From the sequence record MZ574432.2: DNA of 64,000 bases; one strand, given 5' to 3'. Shown piece by piece: positions 1 to 7,953 of the stretch (the first letter of the stretch is position 1; the number at the start of each line of letters is the position of its first letter). The notes below the pieces were generated by a model. That model searched no databases, was not told the DNA's origin, and saw nothing but the letters and a program-made list of their open reading frames with translations. The position numbers were made by a program, and so were the translations under genes.

Positions 1-422
1 CGCTGGGCGCGCTGATCTATCGCCTCCACGTCGAAGGCCGCTTCAACGCGGTGCGCAAGGTATCGCCGACGATCCTCATCGTCCTCTTCGTTGCGCTGAT
101 CTGGGCGCCGGCTCAGCACGACACCCTGGTGGACATGCTGGTCATCGCCTTGGTCTTCCCGCCGTTCCTGATCCTGGCCGCCCAGGCGCGCTTTTCCAAG
201 CCCTCGCCGCTGTTGATCGCGCTGGGTGACCTCTCCTACGCCATCTACGCCACCCACATGCCGACGCTGCTGATCGCTTCGATGATCGCTGGCGCTCTGG
301 GCGCGCGCGCCTTGACGATCCTCATCTCGATGCCGCTGGTCCTGGTTGTCGCCTGGGTGGCCCAGAAGTGGACGACGCCATCCTGCAAGAAAGCTGTTGA
401 CACCCGTTTCGCGCGCGCTTAA
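1..422 (+). CDS. Acyltransferase family 3 (OafA-like) membrane protein, 5'-truncated by window edge
   Basis: Frame open from base 3; several TM segments; LGDLSYAIYATH matches the family motif LGxxSYxxYLxH. Confidence 0.75.
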   Translation, partial: LGALIYRLHVEGRFNAVRKVSPTILIVLFVALIWAPAQHDTLVDMLVIALVFPPFLILAAQARFSKPSPLLIALGDLSYAIYATHMPTLLIASMIAGALGARALTILISMPLVLVVAWVAQKWTTPSCKKAVDTRFARA

Positions 423-425
423 GAA
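385..425 (+). promoter_or_regulatory. Phage promoter, GCAAGAAAGCTGTTGACA type
   Basis: Exact copy of the repeated motif at 385-402; TTGACA -35; upstream of ORF 456. Confidence 0.8.
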
Positions 426-455
426 GGGTTCAACAGCAACCGAGGAGCCTAGCGC

Positions 456-977
456 ATGCCGAAGATCATCCACACCGTGACGTTCGCCGACGGCAAGACC
501 GCAACCCGCGAGTCCGTCAACAAGGCCTACACCCACGTCGTGGTCGGCAAGCACAGCAAGGCCCTGCATCTGCGCCAGCTTGACGAGTACGTGCGTAGCG
601 ATCGCAGCAACTACAACTATGGCATGGCCAAGAGCCGGGCGACGCCGGGCGTGCCGACCTCCTACCAGTCACTGTCCGAGCGCGAGCGGCCTTACACCTT
701 CACCTGGAGCGCGGAAGAAATCGCCGACGCCAAGGAAGAAATGGCGCCCTATGCCGACATGGACGCCTATGTTGCGGCCAAACGCGCCCAACGGCTGGAG
801 GATATCGCCAAGCGCGAAGCCGACGGCTACTACGACATGTGGTGCGCTCTGACCTGGGCCTCGAACCTCACCCTGGCCAGCAAGCAGGTCGGCAAGTGGT
901 CCAAGACCTTTGATGAGGTCGACATCCTGCCCACCGAGCAGCGCGAAGTGATCCCGCGCAAGAAGAAGGAGGGTTAA
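456..977 (+). CDS. Hypothetical protein
   Basis: GAGGAG RBS, downstream of promoter, GC3-rich codons. Confidence 0.8.
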   Translation: MPKIIHTVTFADGKTATRESVNKAYTHVVVGKHSKALHLRQLDEYVRSDRSNYNYGMAKSRATPGVPTSYQSLSERERPYTFTWSAEEIADAKEEMAPYADMDAYVAAKRAQRLEDIAKREADGYYDMWCALTWASNLTLASKQVGKWSKTFDEVDILPTEQREVIPRKKKEG

Positions 978-981
978 GGCG

Positions 982-1176
982 ATGAACTTCGAGACCGTCC
1001 TTCGCTTCCTGGCCGCGTGCTGGGCGCTGCAATTGGTCCTGTCGGGCTGGAGTATCAACATCGACCGCACCGAAACCGGCTACCGTGGCTCGCTCGACTA
1101 CAGCTACGGCAACCTGTTCTTCGGTGCGTTCCTGACCGCCTTCGCGGTCCTCGGCTACGGCCTCTTCGGGAAATAA
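982..1176 (+). CDS. Small membrane protein
   Basis: Two hydrophobic segments, in operon. Confidence 0.65.
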   Translation: MNFETVLRFLAACWALQLVLSGWSINIDRTETGYRGSLDYSYGNLFFGAFLTAFAVLGYGLFGK

Positions 1177-1179
1177 TCC

Positions 1180-1527
1180 ATGCCCATGAACACCAAAGAC
1201 TTCCCGAGCGGCGATCAGGTCGCCAGCCTCAAAGCCACCTTCCTGGGCGGCCCCGGCCGGGCGTTCATGTCCACCGACGCCATGACCGAGGCCATGCGCA
1301 AGCTGATCGCCTTCTACGAGGCGACGGCGCCCGTCTCCGTTCCCGGCATCGAAGGCTATCAGATCATCGTCGATGGTCAGATCGTGTTCCTGACTGAAGC
1401 CTCGTGGGCCGAACTGGCCGGCGCGCTGAAGATCAGCCTGGACCATCTGGAGGTGCTGGACGACCAGACCCAGATCATCGCGCGCAGCATTGACAACCTG
1501 CGCAATGGAAGGCCGCCGGTCGGATGA
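1180..1527 (+). CDS. Hypothetical protein
   Basis: GC3-rich ORF, ATGA-coupled to next gene. Confidence 0.7.
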   Translation: MPMNTKDFPSGDQVASLKATFLGGPGRAFMSTDAMTEAMRKLIAFYEATAPVSVPGIEGYQIIVDGQIVFLTEASWAELAGALKISLDHLEVLDDQTQIIARSIDNLRNGRPPVG

Positions 1528-1766
1528 AGAACGCCACCTATTCCCTGGACCGCGAACCGGTCAAAGGCCATCCGCAGTTCTACCTGATCGAGATGGGTCA
1601 CGAGCTTGGCGAGTTCTGGATCAGCGGCTATGTCCGCGCCCGCTCGCCGCAGAAGGCCGTCAAGAAGGCGCGCCGCATCCAGCAGAACACCGGCTGGCCC
1701 TATCTGCGCGTCGCCGCTCTGCCGACCCGCCGCTACGCCTGGGATGACAACGAGGTCGAACCGTGA
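1524..1766 (+). CDS. Hypothetical protein
   Basis: Coupled ORF in operon. Confidence 0.7.
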   Translation: MKNATYSLDREPVKGHPQFYLIEMGHELGEFWISGYVRARSPQKAVKKARRIQQNTGWPYLRVAALPTRRYAWDDNEVEP

Positions 1767-1981
1767 CCTTGCGGCTGAGCAAGCTCAAGCCATCCCTCTG
1801 GAACGGCAATGGCTTCGGCTATAGCGCCGCCATGTGGACCCTGGCCGATCACCCTGGCTGGATCATCACCAAGGTCTATGACTGGGAAGCTCAGCACGAG
1901 GATGGTCGGCGCGTCTCGGCCTTCACCCGCAAAGAGCTTCTGGAGAAGCTGACGCCGATCGTCGAAGGGTCTCCTCAATGA
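1763..1981 (+). CDS. Hypothetical protein
   Basis: GTGA-coupled ORF. Confidence 0.65.
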   Translation: MTLRLSKLKPSLWNGNGFGYSAAMWTLADHPGWIITKVYDWEAQHEDGRRVSAFTRKELLEKLTPIVEGSPQ

Positions 1982-2235
1982 AACAGCGTCAGCGCCGCGT
2001 GCGCGCCTTTACCATCACTGGCCTGCATGAAGCGCGGGGCTATGTCGGTCGGCGCTCCGAGCGGGTCCAGGTCCTGGAAGAACGACGCTGGTGGGGCTGG
2101 AAGCGTATCGACGAGGAGGTCGTCCCCGACCAGTACCTCATTGACGTCGCCACACTGGGCTACAGCCCGTCGGGGTGGTCGTCAAAGTTCCTGGACGTCA
2201 TCCAAGCCAACCGTGCCGCTAAAACTGTCACGTGA
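1978..2235 (+). CDS. Hypothetical protein
   Basis: ATGA-coupled ORF. Confidence 0.65.
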   Translation: MKQRQRRVRAFTITGLHEARGYVGRRSERVQVLEERRWWGWKRIDEEVVPDQYLIDVATLGYSPSGWSSKFLDVIQANRAAKTVT

Positions 2236-2260
2236 CAGCCTTCACGTCTTGAGCTACATC
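2221..2260 (+). promoter_or_regulatory. Promoter with palindromic operator over the -35
   Basis: GTGACA-N15-GCTACATC (Caulobacter-type -10 GCTANAWC); perfect palindrome CTGTCACGTGACAG at 2225-2238. Confidence 0.6.
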
Positions 2261-2283
2261 ACCAACACCAATCGGGGAGTCCC

Positions 2284-2862
2284 ATGAAACGAAGAACCAT
2301 CATCGCCGGCGCCGGTATCGCTCTGGGCATGGCCGTCGCCATGACCCTGGCGGGCTGCGACACGCCGCAGCAGAAGGCGATCAACGAGGCCAGCTACAAC
2401 GCCTCCCAGCGCGTGGCCTACGTGGCCAAGAACGCCCTGGACTTCGACAACTACAACAGGCGTCAGAAGCTGAGCGATAACCCGTCGACCATCATCTGGT
2501 GTACGGCGGTCTTCCCGCAGGCCGGCATGCCGCCGATCACCGTGCCGATCGTGGGCAAGCTGACCTCGGGCGGTAAGCGTCCGTTCAACACCGACATGGG
2601 TCCCGACGGCATGTACGGCTCGTCTGGCGCCTACCGCTACGGCTTCACGCCGGGCGGCAACATGGTCGAGTTCGACGGCATCCCGACCTTCTGCTCCAAC
2701 GAGCCGACGGTCTGGCAGCGCGAGAAGACCACCATCGTCGTCGAGACGGCCGCTGATCTGTCGGCCGCCACCAAGACGGCCCAGAGCCACGTGGCTGGCG
2801 GCCAAGGCGCGCGCGCCGACGCCATCCTGTCGGCCGCCGCGAAGGGGACCCCGAACCAATGA
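2284..2862 (+). CDS. Lipoprotein with twin-arginine-like signal
   Basis: MKRRTII N-region, hydrophobic core, lipobox LAGC. Confidence 0.75.
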   Translation: MKRRTIIAGAGIALGMAVAMTLAGCDTPQQKAINEASYNASQRVAYVAKNALDFDNYNRRQKLSDNPSTIIWCTAVFPQAGMPPITVPIVGKLTSGGKRPFNTDMGPDGMYGSSGAYRYGFTPGGNMVEFDGIPTFCSNEPTVWQREKTTIVVETAADLSAATKTAQSHVAGGQGARADAILSAAAKGTPNQ

Positions 2863-3254
2863 AGGTCATCGGCTCCATCTTCCTCGGTCTCATCGCCGTC
2901 GTCCTGGTCATCCTGACCGCCAACGCCCTGGGCTGGCTCGGCGCTGGTTCCAACGTCGTCTCGGCCGGCAACGTCAAGGCTCAATGGGCCGAGGCCTACA
3001 AGGCCCACGAGTCCCTGGGCTCGGCCGCCTTCTCGGTCTGCTCGGCGGAAAAAGCCCTGGCCAACGCCATCACCGACGGTGAACGCATCCAGCGCCAGAC
3101 CCAGCTTTCGGCCTACGAGCAGAACTACGCCCGCATCGCCGGCGAGTACAACGCCCAGATGGCCGACGGCTTCCGCGCCAAGTACGTCAAACCGGCGGAC
3201 CTGCCCGATCGGGCGCCGTCGCTGACCGAATCCAAGCTGGCCTGCGCCGGCTGA
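2859..3254 (+). CDS. Membrane-anchored or secreted protein, probable partner of the lipoprotein
   Basis: N-terminal TM helix; ATGA-coupled; followed by terminator. Confidence 0.7.
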   Translation: MKVIGSIFLGLIAVVLVILTANALGWLGAGSNVVSAGNVKAQWAEAYKAHESLGSAAFSVCSAEKALANAITDGERIQRQTQLSAYEQNYARIAGEYNAQMADGFRAKYVKPADLPDRAPSLTESKLACAG

Positions 3255-3260
3255 CATGAC

Positions 3261-3290
3261 AAAGGCCCGGAGGCATCCTCCGGGCCTTTT
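3261..3290. terminator. Bidirectional intrinsic terminator
   Basis: AAAGGCCCGGAG-gcatc-CTCCGGGCCTTTT between convergent units. Confidence 0.85.
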
Positions 3291-3342
3291 GCTTGATGTA
3301 TCATGCGTATTCGCCCGTTATGACTGATGTGTCAGTCAAGGG

Positions 3343-3421
3343 TGGCGGCCCCGGTGGGGATCGAACCCACGACCTCTGCTTTCGGAAAACAGCGCTCTTA
3401 ATTCCGCTGAGCTACGGGGCC
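3343..3421 (-). tRNA. tRNA-Arg (anticodon CCG)
   Basis: Cloverleaf: GGCCCCG/CGGGGCC acceptor, GCTC/GAGC D-stem, loop TTCCGAA, TTCGATC T-loop, encoded CCA. Confidence 0.93.
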
Positions 3422-3423
3422 AT

Positions 3424-3498
3424 TGGCATGCCCGGCCGGAATCAAACCGGCATCCGGCGCTTAGAAGGCGCTTGCTCTCTTCGTTGAGCTACGGGCAC
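3424..3498 (-). tRNA. tRNA-Arg (anticodon UCU), slightly non-canonical
   Basis: GTGCCCG/CGGGCAT acceptor, loop CTTCTAA, encoded CCA; A-C mismatch in anticodon stem, T-loop TTTGATT. Confidence 0.85.
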
Positions 3499-3515
3499 GC
3501 AGAAAGGTGGGGCGC

Positions 3516-3563
3516 TTAGCGCCGCCGCCTGATCGTCTTTCTGATGGTGCCCGAGAAGGTCAT
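3516..3563 (-). CDS. Arg-rich leader peptide MTFSGTIRKTIRRRR
   Basis: AGGAGAGG SD-like sequence, ATG..TAA; Arg codons AGA AGG CGG CGG CGC; stop 17 nt before tRNA-Arg(UCU). Confidence 0.65.
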   Translation of the reverse strand: MTFSGTIRKTIRRRR

Positions 3564-3569
3564 GATCCT

Positions 3570-3599
3570 CTCCTAACCTATCTCGTCGGCGCCGTCAAC
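3570..3599 (-). promoter_or_regulatory. Promoter for leader-tRNA unit
   Basis: TTGACG-N15-GTTAGGAG; 13-nt GTTGACGGCGCCG identical to the promoter at 15737. Confidence 0.55.
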
Positions 3600-3651
3600 A
3601 AATGCGCCATGACGTCTTGCGTGACACGAAGACTTGGGGCAGATTGCCGCC

Positions 3652-3978
3652 ATGACGATCCTCACCGAAGCTGAATTCCTGTCCGGCCACCTGCCTCCCG
3701 CCCCGGCGGTCGAGCGCGACTTGGCTGGCCTGATCAAGGTCCTGGCGCAGTCCCTCTATTACGAGGCTGACGATCCCGCCCCGAGCGAGGACTACTTCAA
3801 CTACCACGGCGGACGCGGCTATGATTCGCACCTGCGCAAGGACTACAAGGTCACCGTGAAGGGCAACATCCTGTCGACCGGCGCCAACAACGCCGACGAC
3901 TTCTACAACGTCAACTTCCTGGCGCCGGCGCTCTACGATCGCCTGGAGGCGTTCTTCGCTGGGAAGGCCGCACGATGA
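3652..3978 (+). CDS. Hypothetical protein (paralog of next gene)
   Basis: GC3-rich from ATG 3652; LYDRLEAFF motif. Confidence 0.7.
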   Translation: MTILTEAEFLSGHLPPAPAVERDLAGLIKVLAQSLYYEADDPAPSEDYFNYHGGRGYDSHLRKDYKVTVKGNILSTGANNADDFYNVNFLAPALYDRLEAFFAGKAAR

Positions 3979-4286
3979 GCCAGGACCGCGACTTCCAGGG
4001 TCTCGTCGACGTCCTCGAAAAGGCCATGGCGTCTGAGGACTACGGTGACTACAACCATCACATCGCGATCGGGCCGGAGGCCAGCTACGATGGCTGGAAG
4101 ATCACGGCTGGCTCGGGCAGCATGACCTATGACGCCCGTTTCAATCCCGAGGACCTCTATGACGGCCTGGAGGCGTTCTTCGACGCCCGTCTGAAGGCGC
4201 GCATCCATGCCCTGATGGACAAGATGGTCGAGCACGAGAAACGCTATATCGAGCACCTCTTCGGGCCGGACGGCGCGCTGAAATGA
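3975..4286 (+). CDS. Hypothetical protein (paralog of previous gene)
   Basis: ATGA-coupled; LYDGLEAFF motif. Confidence 0.7.
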   Translation: MSQDRDFQGLVDVLEKAMASEDYGDYNHHIAIGPEASYDGWKITAGSGSMTYDARFNPEDLYDGLEAFFDARLKARIHALMDKMVEHEKRYIEHLFGPDGALK

Positions 4287-4594
4287 TCCACTTCGCCACC
4301 GCCAGCACCGAAGACCAAGTCAAGGTCGTCGACATCCTGACGCAGTTCGATCATGCGCGGCAGGCTGCCTATGACAAGGCCAAGACCACGCCCGAGTTCG
4401 CGCCCTGGTTCGAGCGCGCCGAGGCGATGTACCAGGACTTCTGCGCCGCCTACGGCCTGACGCCCCAGCCGGTCTTCGACAGCGAGCAGCACATCCGCCG
4501 CCGCATCGAAGAAGGCCATCCCGACTTCATGCACTACCATGACCGGCCCGAGTTCGCCGATGTCGTGCCCTTCTCCAGGGATCGGACCTACTGA
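4283..4594 (+). CDS. Hypothetical protein
   Basis: Coupled ORF. Confidence 0.7.
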   Translation: MIHFATASTEDQVKVVDILTQFDHARQAAYDKAKTTPEFAPWFERAEAMYQDFCAAYGLTPQPVFDSEQHIRRRIEEGHPDFMHYHDRPEFADVVPFSRDRTY

Positions 4595-4788
4595 TGGCCG
4601 CCAAGCTGAGCGTCTACGAGCGCATCATGAAGGCCGCCGAGAAGGGCGTCGGCATCCGCCTATCCGCGAAGGACTGTGAAGAAATGTCGATGGACGACGC
4701 CATCGCCACGGCGGCGTTCAACTTCGAGCTTCTCCGCAAGGGCAAGAAGCTGGACGAGTACGGCGACATCATCGACGAGGACGCTTGA
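4594..4788 (+). CDS. Hypothetical protein
   Basis: TGATG-coupled ORF. Confidence 0.65.
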   Translation: MAAKLSVYERIMKAAEKGVGIRLSAKDCEEMSMDDAIATAAFNFELLRKGKKLDEYGDIIDEDA

Positions 4789-4970
4789 CCATGGACATCC
4801 GCACCACCGTTCACGTCCGCCGCAGCTATCCGATCCCCGCCTCGACCGACACCTACAATGTCGACGTCCACGTCAAGCCCGAGGACTACGACTTCGATCA
4901 GATCACCAAGGCCTGCGATGCCCAGTACGCGGCGTTCCTGGCCTCGATGAAGGTGCGTTATCCGGGATGA
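4785..4970 (+). CDS. Hypothetical protein
   Basis: Coupled ORF. Confidence 0.6.
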   Translation: MTMDIRTTVHVRRSYPIPASTDTYNVDVHVKPEDYDFDQITKACDAQYAAFLASMKVRYPG

Positions 4971-5563
4971 CCCAGCCGCTAAAGCCCCTGGCGCGCGACA
5001 AATACTGGGTCAAGCTGATCGACACCCTGACCGCGTTCAACAAGCGCTTCGATCACCTGGAGCCCGACCACTTCGGCGAGCCCACGTGGATGGCGAGGCC
5101 CGTCGGACCCAAGGCCAGCCAGTACGAGGTCTGGGCGCGCGAAATCTACCTGAAGGCCTACCGCCTCAATCGCTGCGCCTGGGCGCCGCGCTGTGCTCCC
5201 TTGTTCCCCTCGCCCGTCATGATCGGTGCGATCACCGACCCGCCAGGGATCGGCAGCCTCGTCTACATGTCGTCGATCCGTCCTGGCAACGTCATGCGCG
5301 CCGTGGGCCAGTTGATTATGATGGACGAGGAGCGCGGACCAGGGGCGCCAAAGCTCTACGATCACCGCGATGGAGGTCCCGCCACGCGTGGGGAGCGCTG
5401 GACGATCAAACTGCTCGACGGTTCGGTCCAGCGCTGGGTCAACACCAAGCCCGAACGCATCTTCGACCTCAATCGCTATGTCGGCACGATCCCCGAGTGG
5501 GGCGCGCCGATGAGCCAGGAAGAGGCGCGGCGCCTCGTGCCGGCCAACTGGAGGCAATGGTAG
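4967..5563 (+). CDS. Hypothetical protein
   Basis: ATGA start at 4967 within track ORF 4676..5563. Confidence 0.65.
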   Translation: MTQPLKPLARDKYWVKLIDTLTAFNKRFDHLEPDHFGEPTWMARPVGPKASQYEVWAREIYLKAYRLNRCAWAPRCAPLFPSPVMIGAITDPPGIGSLVYMSSIRPGNVMRAVGQLIMMDEERGPGAPKLYDHRDGGPATRGERWTIKLLDGSVQRWVNTKPERIFDLNRYVGTIPEWGAPMSQEEARRLVPANWRQW

Positions 5564-5565
5564 CC

Positions 5566-6144
5566 ATGACCGACAAGCTGCTCGATTTCGACTACCTGCG
5601 CGCCAGCGGCGCACAGCCGCATAACTTTGGCCTGGGCTTCATCCAGTTGAAGCTGAACGAACACAGCCGCCTGCACTTCTGGACGGGCGAGCCCAACGTT
5701 CCCGAGGACGAAATCCACGATCACCGCTACAGCTTTCGCTCGGAGGTCCTCAAGGGTTTCGTCGAGCATGAGACCTTCGTCTTCCGGCCGCTGATGGACT
5801 CGCTCCTGCGCGGCGGCGTGGCGGCCGAGAGCGCCATCTGGACGATGACCATGGTCTCCTGCGATCCCGACAAGCTGGTGCGCGATCCGCATCACACCTT
5901 CGGCACGATCGAGAAGACCGGCGAGTACCATCTGGCTGAGAACTCCTCCTACTGGTTCCCGTATGGCGCCTTCCACCGCTCCAGGGGCAGCAAGGGCGCG
6001 ATCACCCACCTCGTCCGCGATCCCACGGTCAACGAGTATGCGCGTGTGATCCGCCGCCAGGGCGCGGTCGAAATCTGTCCATTCGCCGATCCTCGCCCGC
6101 CCGAGGCGCTCTGGGAGACGATCAAGGAGTTCCTGGCCCAATGA
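5566..6144 (+). CDS. Cupin-fold (RmlC-like) protein
   Basis: LHFW...EIHDHRYSFRSEVLKG and distal FHRS metal-binding pattern. Confidence 0.6.
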   Translation: MTDKLLDFDYLRASGAQPHNFGLGFIQLKLNEHSRLHFWTGEPNVPEDEIHDHRYSFRSEVLKGFVEHETFVFRPLMDSLLRGGVAAESAIWTMTMVSCDPDKLVRDPHHTFGTIEKTGEYHLAENSSYWFPYGAFHRSRGSKGAITHLVRDPTVNEYARVIRRQGAVEICPFADPRPPEALWETIKEFLAQ

Positions 6145-6878
6145 AGTACGATCGCATCGTCGAGCATCACGTCAAGATGCTCTATAAGCGCCGCTACGGG
6201 CCTCAACCGACCGTGACGGACATCCCGGCCTTCGATGCCGAGATCGCCCGTCTGAGGGGCCTCCAGGACCGTTGTAGGGCACGTGACGAGCGTAAGGCCG
6301 CCAAGGTCCGCTGGGCCGAGCACGTGGCGCGCATGCTGGGTGAGATGGCGTTCGCCCATCGGGTGATCCACAACCGCGACAATCGCGAGCCCCTGACCCT
6401 GATGGCCTTCGACATCGAGCAGACGCTGGATGGCGTGCTCGAAGAGGTTGGCGTTGCTATCATCCGTCGCGGCGTGATCCTCAACTACAACTACCGGCTC
6501 GCCGGCGCCCGCCGCGCGCAGGACTTCCACTTCGGCTCGACCATCTATCTCCAAAGCCTCGCCGCCTTCCAGGCCGTCCTGGAGGTCCATGCCGCCGGTG
6601 TCGACTACTATGCCGGGCAGAGCCTCAACTACGACTTCGACCGCTTGAAGGAACAAGGCATCGTCCTGCCGCGCCGCGCGGTCTTCGATGTCGGCCATTG
6701 GTCGACGATCGAGAGCGACAACAAGGAGATGACCTCGCTGGAGGCCTCCTGCGCGCGCCATGGCATTGCCACCAACGGCATGCACTGTGGGGGCAATGAC
6801 GCGGCCTACACGCTTCAACTGATGCTGGCCATGATCGATGAGCACATCATCGTTCCCCAGGCCCTGGCCGCCGCATGA
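6141..6878 (+). CDS. DEDDh 3'-5' exonuclease (Gfd2/QIP-like)
   Basis: ExoI AFDIE, ExoII GQSLNYD, ExoIII HCGGNDAAYT. Confidence 0.75.
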   Translation: MKYDRIVEHHVKMLYKRRYGPQPTVTDIPAFDAEIARLRGLQDRCRARDERKAAKVRWAEHVARMLGEMAFAHRVIHNRDNREPLTLMAFDIEQTLDGVLEEVGVAIIRRGVILNYNYRLAGARRAQDFHFGSTIYLQSLAAFQAVLEVHAAGVDYYAGQSLNYDFDRLKEQGIVLPRRAVFDVGHWSTIESDNKEMTSLEASCARHGIATNGMHCGGNDAAYTLQLMLAMIDEHIIVPQALAAA

Positions 6879-7190
6879 CCCAGCACGCCTACATCGTCGT
6901 CGCCAACGATCGCTACCGTGACATGGGCGATTGGCGCCCGATGGCCATCTTCGATCGCATCGACGACGCCACCAAGCTGTGGCGCGAGATGTGCGCCCTG
7001 GCCTGCGATCCGGTCTTCGAGGACTGGAAGGGGCGAGAGCGTCCGCATCCCGTTCGCGATCAAGTCGTGGGAGGAGCGCAAGCCTGTCCTGCTCAAGCGC
7101 CTGGAAGACTTCCTCACCCCGGAAGACATCGAGTGGATTCGCCCCACCGATCTCGCCTTCGACATCCACAAGGTCCGCAAGCTTCCATGA
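6875..7190 (+). pseudogene. Hypothetical gene interrupted by an apparent +1 frameshift at about 7030-7033
   Basis: Codon bias switches frame at AAGGGGC; the second frame ends in an ATGA overlap with the next gene. Confidence 0.6.
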
Positions 7191-7606
7191 CCCGCAACTA
7201 CATCGAGATGTCGGCCCAGAGCCTGATCAAGTTCATCGCCTTCGACTTCGTTGAACTGAGCCACGACAAGGTCCAGCACCAGTACCACGCCTACAAGCGC
7301 ATGTGCCGCGAGTGGCTGGCGGCCCGCAACAAGGGCAGCAAGGTCAACCCGCTGAAGGTTCGTCAGGACGCGATCGTCCGGGGCCTCACCGAGCGCGGCG
7401 ACGGCGCCATCTTCCTGGGCAGCCAGATCGACGTGATCCACCAGATGGCCGGCCGCATCGCTCTGCTTGAAGAGAAGATGGGCCTGCTGGACGACGAGGG
7501 CACGCTGATCGCCCTGGCGTCGACCAAGCCCAAGAAGAAACGAGATGCCGACCGTTCCAACGTCGGCTATGTCAACAACGGTTATCGCGAGCAGGACGAC
7601 TTCTGA
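7187..7606 (+). CDS. Hypothetical protein
   Basis: MTRNYIEMS start, GC3-rich. Confidence 0.7.
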   Translation: MTRNYIEMSAQSLIKFIAFDFVELSHDKVQHQYHAYKRMCREWLAARNKGSKVNPLKVRQDAIVRGLTERGDGAIFLGSQIDVIHQMAGRIALLEEKMGLLDDEGTLIALASTKPKKKRDADRSNVGYVNNGYREQDDF

Positions 7607-7950
7607 TGCAAGTGCAGCACATCTCCCTCAAGGGCGGCCTGGGCGACGCCCGCAACGAGCAGTTCCAGCGGCTGAGCCCGATGATCCCCGCCGGTGTGCC
7701 CAGTCCCAACCTCCAGGCCATCATCACCAATCTGGAGTCGGGTAAACTCGGAGCGCTGCGCGCCCTGGCCGACAAGATCGAGAACGGCGGCGCCACCGAG
7801 GACGAAGCCGAACTCGACGCCCTCTACGATGGCCTGCCGCTGCTGGTGGCCTATGTCGAGGACCTGATCGGCATGTGTCAGCGCCGCGAGGAAGCCCTGG
7901 CCGAGTGCGACGTGCGCGTCGGTCGCCCGATCACCGATGACGAGGTCTAG
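7606..7950 (+). CDS. Hypothetical protein
   Basis: TGATG-coupled ORF. Confidence 0.7.
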   Translation: MQVQHISLKGGLGDARNEQFQRLSPMIPAGVPSPNLQAIITNLESGKLGALRALADKIENGGATEDEAELDALYDGLPLLVAYVEDLIGMCQRREEALAECDVRVGRPITDDEV

Positions 7951-7953
7951 GAC

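Noticed and set aside
3291-3342. Third tRNA downstream of the Arg pair
   Set aside because: No cloverleaf or T-loop signature.
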